Positions 56,963 through 64,000 of a DNA stretch of 64,000 nt are shown piece by piece; position 1 is the first letter of the stretch, and each line of letters starts with the position of its first letter. A program made the translations under genes and the position numbers. The DNA lies in contig JABZFP010000029.1 in NCBI GenBank assembly GCA_014237395.1, positions 50,537 to 114,536 of the forward strand, in the 5' to 3' direction. The notes beneath the pieces are model-generated. The model was given only the letters and a program-made list of their open reading frames with translations, was not told the origin of the DNA and ran no database searches. This DNA comes from Desulfobacteraceae bacterium (lineage in GTDB: Bacteria > Desulfobacterota > Desulfobacteria > Desulfobacterales > UBA5852).

Positions 56963-57779
56963 ATCCCTTGCGCCCGACATGGACGACGGCAATCCCGTTG
57001 GTCAGCCGCCAGTAGTGGACGTCTCTGAAACCGATGCGGGTCAGGATCGCGGACATCTCATCCGGCAGGTGGAAAAGACGGATGGTTTCCGGCAGGCAGG
57101 AATAGGACTCGGCCGATCCCGCGAGCAACTGGCCCAGGAAAGGCATCGCATAGAAAGAGTACATATCATACAGCCAGCGAAAGACCGGGTTGACGGGTCT
57201 TGAAAATTCCAGACACATGAACGTCCCGCCGGGTTTCAGCACCCGGTGCATTTCCCGAAAGCCCTGCTCCATGTGGGTGACGTTGCGAATGCCGAAGCCC
57301 ACCATGGCGGCATCGAAGCTATGTTCGGGATAGGGAATGCGTTCGGCATCGCCCTGGACGAATTGAATCCGCTCGCCGTAAGGCGTCTCCCTGACCTTGG
57401 GCTGGCCCGCCTGCAGCATGGCCCGATTGATGTCGTAGACCACACACCGTCCGTCGGCGCCGGTGCGCCGGGACGCCATGATGGACAGATCGGCCGTGCC
57501 GCCGCAGACGTCCAGCACCCGGTCGCCGGGTGACAGCCCCATCATGCGGATGGCCGCACGCTTCCAGGCGTACTGGATCCCGAAACTGAGAAGGGTGTTC
57601 ATGAGGTCGTATTTTGGCGCCACGCGGTTGAAGTGCCGGCGCACCCAGTCCACTTTTTCAGCGGTCGGCATCCGGCGATACCCGAAGTGGGCCACATCCG
57701 TACGATCGATATGCTGATCCAGTTGCGCGCTGCGGTCGGCCGCGTCAAACCACCGGGGGGTCTTCCATTCCATAACCAC
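56961..57779 (-). CDS. ubiE: demethylmenaquinone / ubiquinone C[17 protein letters not shown] (UbiE/MenG)
   Basis: FNRVAPKYDLMNTLLSFGIQYAWKR...VLDVCGGTADLS. The stop TGA (56963-56961) overlaps the R5 right arm. Confidence 0.9.
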   Translation of the reverse strand: MVMEWKTPRWFDAADRSAQLDQHIDRTDVAHFGYRRMPTAEKVDWVRRHFNRVAPKYDLMNTLLSFGIQYAWKRAAIRMMGLSPGDRVLDVCGGTADLSIMASRRTGADGRCVVYDINRAMLQAGQPKVRETPYGERIQFVQGDAERIPYPEHSFDAAMVGFGIRNVTHMEQGFREMHRVLKPGGTFMCLEFSRPVNPVFRWLYDMYSFYAMPFLGQLLAGSAESYSCLPETIRLFHLPDEMSAILTRIGFRDVHYWRLTNGIAVVHVGRKG

Positions 57780-57969
57780 GTTCTCCTCAGGTGTTATCGA
57801 TCAATGTCGCTTTTTGCGAAAACGCCTCAGGCCTATAGCAAAGCCCGCCGCTTTGTGCCAGCCTTACATCCCCCAACGAAGATGGCTGCCCGATACAAAG
57901 GATGAAATCCTGCCGGGCAAGATCACTTTTTTCAGCCGCCGGCCACGCGATCGGTGGCAATGACGAAGG

Positions 57970-58722
57970 CTAGGGCCACAAGGCCAGCACCCCGTCCACC
58001 AGCAAACGGCCGGCGATGGCGATCATCACCACACCGGCCAGCAGGTCCGAGTGCCGCCGGTAGCGGCGGGCCACCACCGCGAGCCCGGTGCCCAGCAACA
58101 GCAGCCCCGGGAGCGTTCCCAGCCCGAAGGCCAACGCCAGCCCCGCGCCGGCCAGCGGTTCCGTCGTGGCCAGGGCGCGGGCAAAAGCCGCAAAGGAAAG
58201 ACCACAGGGCAGCAGCCCCATGATCAATCCGGTGGCAAACAGACGCCATTCCGGGCTGGTTTGGTCCGACCGACGCAGGAAATGCCGTGCCCCCGGAATA
58301 CGGGTGGGCGTGGCGGCGGCCATCCAGTCCGGCTCCGGAATCAACCCGATCCGCGTCAATCCGAACCCCAGCATGAACATCCCCGCGACCAGGGCCAGTC
58401 CGCTCTGGATTCCCGCCATCCACCCCAGAGGATTGGTCTGGGTCCGGCCAGCCAGAAGAACGACCGCTCCGCCGATGCCCCCCATACATAGGCCCACCAG
58501 GGTATAGGTCAGGATGCGGCCGGCGTGGTAGGCCCCGTGCGCCTTCATGCCACCCACCTGGCCGGGAAACGCAAAAACCAGGGGACCGCACATGCCCAGG
58601 CAATGGCCCGTGCCCAGGAACCCCATGAGAAACATGGCGTATCCGTCCCAAAAATTCACAATGCCTCTTCCGGTTGGATGCCCTATTGACAGGGCGATGC
58701 AGATCGTCCAGACTGATATCAT
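57970..58722 (-). CDS. DsbD_2 / TauE-SafE-like membrane protein
   Basis: GTGHCLGMCGP and LLPCG motifs with six or so TMs. The start is uncertain: candidates are ATG 58722 and ATG 58635, and the ORF-track start 58860 is unlikely. Confidence 0.75.
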   Translation of the reverse strand: MISVWTICIALSIGHPTGRGIVNFWDGYAMFLMGFLGTGHCLGMCGPLVFAFPGQVGGMKAHGAYHAGRILTYTLVGLCMGGIGGAVVLLAGRTQTNPLGWMAGIQSGLALVAGMFMLGFGLTRIGLIPEPDWMAAATPTRIPGARHFLRRSDQTSPEWRLFATGLIMGLLPCGLSFAAFARALATTEPLAGAGLALAFGLGTLPGLLLLGTGLAVVARRYRRHSDLLAGVVMIAIAGRLLVDGVLALWP

Positions 58723-58831
58723 CTTCTGATGTTTGGGGAAACCCTGGAACCCGGAAGCGGCCATCATGGCCGGAGATTCTGCCCGGCCGCACCCCGGGTT
58801 CCGACAAGACGGTTTACTTCGACGCCCGAAT

Positions 58832-59428
58832 ATGATGACCATGCCCCCTGCTTGCGACAAAAACGACCGGCGGACGCAAGGCCCGATTTATCTTGTCTGG
58901 TCAGCACTGTTTTTCGGAATCCTGTGTTTAGCTGTCGTCATTGGCGCAGCCGGCGTCTGCCTGGCGGGCGGCCCGACGCCCGGACAACAGCCCCTGGGAC
59001 CGGACGGCGGGATGCGCATCAGCCCCGAAGACCGCTGTCCCGTGTGCGCCATGCTGCCGATCCGTTACCCCCGGTTTGCGGCGGCCATCGAACTCCAGGA
59101 GGGGCCTACCTATTACTTCTGCTCGCCGGGCTGCATGCTGAATGCCTGGCTGCACCCCGATATTTTCCTCGGAGCGACAGCCGCGCAGCTCAAACGCCCC
59201 GTGGTCCTGACCTATCTGAGCGGGGAAGCGCGGGATGCCCGCCACGTTTTCTGGGTTTCGGGGTCGGACGTCATCGGGCCCATGGGACCCGCCCTGGTGC
59301 CGTTAAAGGATACGACCCATCTGGAAGCCTTTCGCCGGCGTCACGGCGCCAAACATGTTTTTCGCCTGGATGAACTGAACCATGCCAACTGGGAAACACT
59401 CACCGGCAAACAACCGCCCAGGCCTTGA
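58832..59428 (+). CDS. NosL-family (copper-chaperone-like) membrane-anchored protein
   Basis: TM anchor VWSALFFGILCLAVVIGAAGV, then DRCPVCAMLPIRYPRFAAAIEL...YYFCSPGCM. The start is chosen at the Met cluster 58832. Confidence 0.75.
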   Translation: MMTMPPACDKNDRRTQGPIYLVWSALFFGILCLAVVIGAAGVCLAGGPTPGQQPLGPDGGMRISPEDRCPVCAMLPIRYPRFAAAIELQEGPTYYFCSPGCMLNAWLHPDIFLGATAAQLKRPVVLTYLSGEARDARHVFWVSGSDVIGPMGPALVPLKDTTHLEAFRRRHGAKHVFRLDELNHANWETLTGKQPPRP

Positions 59429-59786
59429 GCCCACGCCGGATTCACCGCGCCCTTCCGAACCCGACCGCTTGCCCCTGGACCGCCTGGTGCCGGCCGGATG
59501 GCTGCTCGGCATCGCCCTGACCGTGGTGAGTCTATGCGTCTTGACCCTGACTTATGATACCGTTAGAGGTGTTTTCCCGCCACCGGATCAGGCCGCGCCC
59601 GTTTTGCACGCCATTGGCTTGAACGAACTGGCCCTTGTGCCTTCCGGACGGCCGGCGCGACGCCCGGTCCTCACGCCGTCCCCGATCGACTGGCGTTATG
59701 GGCCGGTTCTTCCGCGGCAGGCCCCGGAAGTAATTCCCCTGCTGAAAACCGCGCCATTCGACACCCCGCGGGCAGCCACTCCATGA
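59382..59786 (+). CDS. hypothetical small membrane protein
   Basis: 134-aa ORF with one TM (WLLGIALTVVSLCVLTL). Its stop overlaps the start of the permease gene. The N-terminus is uncertain because it overlaps the nosL-like gene by 47 nt. Confidence 0.4.
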   Translation: MPTGKHSPANNRPGLEPTPDSPRPSEPDRLPLDRLVPAGWLLGIALTVVSLCVLTLTYDTVRGVFPPPDQAAPVLHAIGLNELALVPSGRPARRPVLTPSPIDWRYGPVLPRQAPEVIPLLKTAPFDTPRAATP

Positions 59787-60931
59787 GACATCGACGCTAC
59801 GCACAGTTTCTCTGGGCCGGGCGCGAACTCCTGACCCACCCCGGCGCCACCCTGCTGATGGCCCTGTCCATGGGGCTGCTGACCACCATGATGGCCACCG
59901 GTCTGCTGTTGTCCCAGGCCCTGACGGCCACCACCAGCCGTCTGCTGGACCAGGGGCCGGACCTTGTGGTGCGCCGCGTCACGCCGAACGGCGGGCAGCC
60001 CATCAGCAGCCAGGCGGCAGACCTCGCCCTGAAGATCCCCGGTATCACCGAGGCCCGCCCCCGCATCTGGGGCACCGTGTCGACACCTCAAGCGGCCGTC
60101 ACCGTGGTCGCCGCTGATCGGGACGCCATCGCCCGGTTAACTATTACAGCGGCTATTCAGGCCCCGGTTCGTGGCGAAGCCGTGGCCGGCAGCGGCGTCC
60201 ACCTCCCGGAAACGGATGCCCATCTGGTATTGCACGGCACCGACACCATCACCGTCCGCATCACACAACGCTTCCCCCAAGAAACCGATCTCGCAACCCA
60301 CGATCTCGTCATGCTCCACCCCGATGATGCCCGCCGGCTTCTGGGCCTGGCCCTGGACGAGGCCTGTGATCTGGCCCTGGCAGTATTTCACCCCGATGAA
60401 GCCGAAGCGCTGCTGCCGGAGCTGGCCCGGGTCTTTCCCTGGCCGGTCCATATCGCCACCCGGCAGGAAACCCGCAAACATTACGCCACCGCTTTCGGAC
60501 GGCGCGGCGGGCTGGCCGCGCTACTGTATATCCCGGCGGTGATCGCCCTGGCGCTGCTGACCGCCGCCGTCATTCGACAGCACATCGGCAGCCGGTCGCG
60601 GGTCGGTCTACTCAAGGCCCTGGGCTGGACCAGTCGCGACATCGTGGGCCTTCAGATCACGAAAGCCGCCATCGTGGGCCTGCCCGCCATTGCCGGGGGC
60701 TTGATGCTCGCCTATGCCCTGGTGTACGCCCCGTCCCAAACATGGGCCGGCATGCTGCTGCTTGGCTGGCAGGAAACAGCGCCCATCATGCATCTGGACG
60801 CCGGTTTTGCCGCACCCGTCTTTCTGGAAGTGGCCGGGATTTTGCTGATCCCCTACCTGGCGGCCGTTCTTTGGTCGTCGCTGGTGCAGGCGGCCTCGAA
60901 TCCGCACGACCTGCTCAACCGGGGGAACTGA
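59783..60931 (+). CDS. ABC transporter permease, FtsX/MacB-like
   Basis: 382 aa with an N-terminal TM, a periplasmic domain and a C-terminal FtsX block (GLLKALGWTSRDIVGLQITKAAIVGL). Confidence 0.85.
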   Translation: MRHRRYAQFLWAGRELLTHPGATLLMALSMGLLTTMMATGLLLSQALTATTSRLLDQGPDLVVRRVTPNGGQPISSQAADLALKIPGITEARPRIWGTVSTPQAAVTVVAADRDAIARLTITAAIQAPVRGEAVAGSGVHLPETDAHLVLHGTDTITVRITQRFPQETDLATHDLVMLHPDDARRLLGLALDEACDLALAVFHPDEAEALLPELARVFPWPVHIATRQETRKHYATAFGRRGGLAALLYIPAVIALALLTAAVIRQHIGSRSRVGLLKALGWTSRDIVGLQITKAAIVGLPAIAGGLMLAYALVYAPSQTWAGMLLLGWQETAPIMHLDAGFAAPVFLEVAGILLIPYLAAVLWSSLVQAASNPHDLLNRGN

Positions 60932-60933
60932 TC

Positions 60934-61620
60934 GTGCCGACCGCGCTTGCATGCCGCAACCTTACCTATGCCTATCCCAATGGTGCATCGTCGGCGACGA
61001 CAGCGCTCTTGCGAAACATCGATGCGGTTTTCCCCGGGGGGCGGGTTGTCCTGATCAGCGGCAAGAGCGGCGCCGGTAAAAGCACCCTGCTCCATCTGCT
61101 GGCCGGTCTGCTGCGGCCCACCAGCGGGGAAATTCTGGCCGATGGACAGCCCGTGTCCCGCTGGCTCACCGCTCACCGGGACCGCTGGCGCCGGCGCGTC
61201 GGCATTGTTTTCCAACAAGATTATCTGGTCAGCGAGCTGACCGTCCTGGAAAATGTCATGCTGCCCTTGATCCCCCGTTCCGGCAGCCCGCGTTACTGGC
61301 GCGAAAGCAGCCACAACATCCTGGCACGCCTCAATGCCGTAGAACTGGTGGGGCAATCGGTCAGCACCCTTTCCGGTGGCCAGCGCCAGCGCGTAGCCAC
61401 GGCCCGGGCACTCGTCGATGCGCCCGACTATATCCTGGCGGACGAACCCACCGCCCATCAGGATCTTGAAAATGCGCAGCGCCTGGGGCATCTGCTGCGG
61501 CAGGCAGCCGAACGGGGCGCGATTGTGGTCGTGGCCGCCCACGACCGCCATGTCGACAAGTGGCTCAAGGTGGATCAGCACCTGTCGCTTGCCGACGGAA
61601 ATCTCGAGCCGGCCCCATGA
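60934..61620 (+). CDS. ABC transporter ATP-binding protein
   Basis: GTG 60934 lies 3 nt after the permease stop. Walker A GKSGAGKST, signature LSGGQRQR, Walker B ILADEPT. Confidence 0.88.
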   Translation: MPTALACRNLTYAYPNGASSATTALLRNIDAVFPGGRVVLISGKSGAGKSTLLHLLAGLLRPTSGEILADGQPVSRWLTAHRDRWRRRVGIVFQQDYLVSELTVLENVMLPLIPRSGSPRYWRESSHNILARLNAVELVGQSVSTLSGGQRQRVATARALVDAPDYILADEPTAHQDLENAQRLGHLLRQAAERGAIVVVAAHDRHVDKWLKVDQHLSLADGNLEPAP

Positions 61621-62651
61621 CCCGTCATCCGCTATTGCTGGCCGTCTTCACGACCGACATCCTGACCGTCCTGCTTATCCTATGGGCCTCGGCCACGGCC
61701 GTGCGCATCGCCCTCCACTGGAATCCCCAAGACACCGGCGCACAGCAGCTCCGGTTGCAAACCCAATCGGAAACCGCCGCGTTGGCCGTGGCCTGGGCTT
61801 TCGGCCTGCACCTTTTGGCAACAGCGACCCTGATCTACGGCATGACCAACATCCTGCCCGGCATGGTGCCGGGCGCCATGTGCGGCACCGGGGTCCTGCA
61901 GGCCATGCAATCCGGCGGACCGCGCATGCTGATCTATCGCCTGATGGGCCTGGCCATCCTCTGGATCTGGTGGCGAATCGAAAACGTCAATCAGTCCCAG
62001 CCGGAGGCCCCTCTCGTTCCGGCCAATGCCCGGATCGTGCTCCTGGCCCTTCCGGTTTTCGCCCTGGCCCTGTATGCCGCCTGGCAGGCCGCCCTGGCCA
62101 TGGATTTCCAGCAGCCGGTGGACTGCTGCGCCGTCATTTACGACCAGTTCCATTCGCTTGAGGAGGCTCGCCGGACCCTGGGCGCCGGCCACACGGGCTG
62201 GCTGACGGCCTTCGGGGTCCTGACCGTCGCCCTGGTGGCAAGCGCCGTGGCGGCCTGGAAAACCGCCGGGCGCCGCTGGCCCCACCTGCTCCTGGCAGCC
62301 CTGGCCATGGCGTGGCTGCCTATCGCCGCCATTGCCCTGGTGCGCGTATTGGCCGCCTACCATTATGGCGTGTTGCATCATCATTGTCCGTGGTGCCTGT
62401 TCCTGCCGGAGCATCACCTGGCAGGCTTTCCCATTTGGGCCGCCTGGATCGTCGTGGCCATGGAAGCACCGGTCGCCGTGGCGCTGTCGCTGCTCGCTGC
62501 CCGGCAAGCACCACCGGCACAAACCAGCGCCTGCCATCAGGCCGGCCTGGCCGCCCGCAACACCCTGCTGGCCGTCCTGATCTTTCTTTGCCTGACGGTT
62601 GGACCAGCCCTGTGGTGGCGCCTGCGCTTCGGCATGTGGCTGACCGGCTGA
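61617..62651 (+). CDS. polytopic membrane protein with HHHCPWC motif
   Basis: ATG 61617 overlaps the ABC stop as ATGA. About eight TMs. Cys/His motifs MCGTGV, VDCCAV and YHYGVLHHHCPWCLFLPEHH. Confidence 0.65.
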   Translation: MTRHPLLLAVFTTDILTVLLILWASATAVRIALHWNPQDTGAQQLRLQTQSETAALAVAWAFGLHLLATATLIYGMTNILPGMVPGAMCGTGVLQAMQSGGPRMLIYRLMGLAILWIWWRIENVNQSQPEAPLVPANARIVLLALPVFALALYAAWQAALAMDFQQPVDCCAVIYDQFHSLEEARRTLGAGHTGWLTAFGVLTVALVASAVAAWKTAGRRWPHLLLAALAMAWLPIAAIALVRVLAAYHYGVLHHHCPWCLFLPEHHLAGFPIWAAWIVVAMEAPVAVALSLLAARQAPPAQTSACHQAGLAARNTLLAVLIFLCLTVGPALWWRLRFGMWLTG

Positions 62652-62969
62652 AAGAACGTTTCCTGAAACTTTTTCCAGAAAAAACACGCATAACAATCCA
62701 TCCATGGCCGTTTTTCTCCCCGACTTGCCCGGCATTGGCCGAAAACCGTAGCTTCCAACGGCTTCGGCTGCTTTTCCCCTTGCCATTTCAGACGCTTTTG
62801 ATGTATGAAATACTTCTGCAAATGAGCTTCTATTTGGTGAAGGCCGTTCATTGGCCAGTCTATTTTCGGCCTATATTTATTTAAAGCGGGGAGGAAGGAT
62901 GCCCTTCCGCCGTAGCATTTGCGTATCCTGGTTTAACCTGAAACGAAGGATGATAGGAGGAGGAGATTT

Positions 62970-64000
62970 ATGAAAAGCATCAGAATTGTTTTTGCTGTTT
63001 TCGTCGTTCTTTCCCTGGTTGTTTTTTTTGGTTGCGGCGACCAGCAAAAGGTATCCGAATTAGAAAAACAGGTCCAAGAGCTGGAAAAAAAACTTGCCGA
63101 GGTGAAAGAAGCCCCTGCGCCAGCTGAAGAAGCCCCTGCGCCAGTGGGAAAAACATTAGAATCCGTTAGAGCAAAGGGCGAGATTTCGGTTGGCGTCAAC
63201 GAGGGCCTTTTCGGCTTCTCCAAGCCGGATGAAAAAGGCGTCTGGCGCGGCCTGGATGTGGACACGGCCCGTGCGGTTTCGGTGGCTGTTTTCGGTGCGC
63301 CGGACAAAATCAAGTTCGTTCCCCTGACGGCCAAAACCCGCTTTACCGCCTTGCAGTCCGGTGAAATCGATCTCCTCACCCGCAACGCCACCCGCACCCT
63401 CAGCCGCGAAACCGCGCTGGGCCTGAACTTCGCCCACGCCAACTACTACGACGGCCAGGGCTTCCTGATCAACAAGAGCCTGGGTGTCAAAAGCGCCAAG
63501 GAATTGGACGGCGCCACGGTTTGCGTCCTGCCCGGCACCACCACCGAGTTGAATGCCGCGGATTACTTCCGGGCCAACGGCATGACCATGAAACCCGTCG
63601 TCATCGAAAGCACCCCGGAACTGGCCAAAGCCTTTTTCGCCGGCCGCTGCGACTGCCTGACATCGGATGCCTCCCAGTTGGCCAGTACCCGCTCCGTGGC
63701 CCCCAAACCCGATGACTACGTCATCCTGCCGGAAATCATTTCCCGCGAACCCTTGGGCCCGGCCGTACGCCACGGCGATGACCAGTGGTTCGATATCGTC
63801 AACTTCGCCACCATGGCGATGATCGAAGCGGAATTTCTGGGCATTACCTCCCAGAACGTGGACGAAATGCTCAAGAGCGAGGATCCCGTTATCCAGCGTT
63901 TCCTGGGTGTCAGCCCGGGCAACGGCCAAGCCCTGGGTCTTGACGAAAAATGGGCCTACAACATCGTCAAGATGGTGGGCAACTACGGCGAAGTGTTCGA
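62970..64000 (+). CDS. amino-acid ABC transporter substrate-binding lipoprotein (AapJ/BztA-like), 3' end outside window
   Basis: Absent from the ORF track because it has no stop in the window. RBS ggaggagg, then ATG 62970. My translation reads MKSIRIVFAVFVVLSLVVFFGCG (lipobox)...GEISVGVNEGLFGFS...WRGLDVD...LTAKTRFTALQSGEIDLLTRNAT.... Confidence 0.85.
   Translation, partial: MKSIRIVFAVFVVLSLVVFFGCGDQQKVSELEKQVQELEKKLAEVKEAPAPAEEAPAPVGKTLESVRAKGEISVGVNEGLFGFSKPDEKGVWRGLDVDTARAVSVAVFGAPDKIKFVPLTAKTRFTALQSGEIDLLTRNATRTLSRETALGLNFAHANYYDGQGFLINKSLGVKSAKELDGATVCVLPGTTTELNAADYFRANGMTMKPVVIESTPELAKAFFAGRCDCLTSDASQLASTRSVAPKPDDYVILPEIISREPLGPAVRHGDDQWFDIVNFATMAMIEAEFLGITSQNVDEMLKSEDPVIQRFLGVSPGNGQALGLDEKWAYNIVKMVGNYGEVF

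Noticed and set aside
63105-63146. Tandem 21-nt duplication (aaagaagcccctgcgccagct / gaagaagcccctgcgccagtg) in the binding-protein gene.
   Set aside because: It encodes a duplicated EAPAPA linker between the lipobox and the mature domain. This is an ordinary low-complexity tether with possible slippage, not a distinct element.

Overview
This is a high-GC (about 60%) chromosomal segment. Its gene content points to an anaerobe, probably a Desulfobacterota-type sulfate reducer, though that placement is inference only. All calls rest on motif recognition in the supplied translations and on my own reading of the DNA; no searches were run.

Gene content, in order:
- tatA and ssb.
- A roughly 15 kb envelope/LPS-remodelling island (2.9-17.8 kb). 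It holds two InaA/Kdo-type kinases, an OmpR/HisKA pair, an ArnT-like and an ArnC-like [19 protein letters not shown], a DedA/TVP38 protein, a membrane-anchored CX5R phosphatase and three LtaS/sulfatase paralogs.
- A translationally coupled THUMP[17 protein letters not shown] / molybdopterin oxidoreductase / thioesterase operon.
- An IS110-family insertion sequence, then tpx, mobB and sfsA.
- A sigma-54 PAS regulator next to a lone cooS.
- A glutaredoxin plus FTR-like pair.
- A complete nqrABCDEF operon.
- Citrate synthase plus a Fur-family regulator, xth, and nifSU.
- An octaheme (OTR-family) cytochrome plus cytochrome b, with a second sigma-54 PAS regulator.
- cysEK, UbiA/UbiE-type quinone genes, a NosL/FtsX-ABC/DsbD_2 membrane cluster, and a partial amino-acid binding protein.

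No rRNA, tRNA or CRISPR array was seen.

Most interesting signal: a family of at least five 105-160 nt structured palindromic repeats that I do not recognise.
- The copies lie at 286-421, 23121-23226 (+24590-24603), 33633-33773, 37043-37166 and 56803-56962.
- Their long terminal arms differ between copies but stay complementary through compensatory changes.
- One copy sits inside the nqr operon, and three abut stop codons.
- One copy is split by the IS110/IS1111-type element. The non-coding end of that element contains same-strand copies of both its flanking target and its own terminus, which is the signature expected of a bridge/seek guide RNA.

Secondary leads:
- NqrA retains an RnfC-like 2x[4Fe-4S] motif.
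- Two Cys4-decorated PAS sigma-54 activators are paired with redox-enzyme operons that have good -24/-12 promoters.
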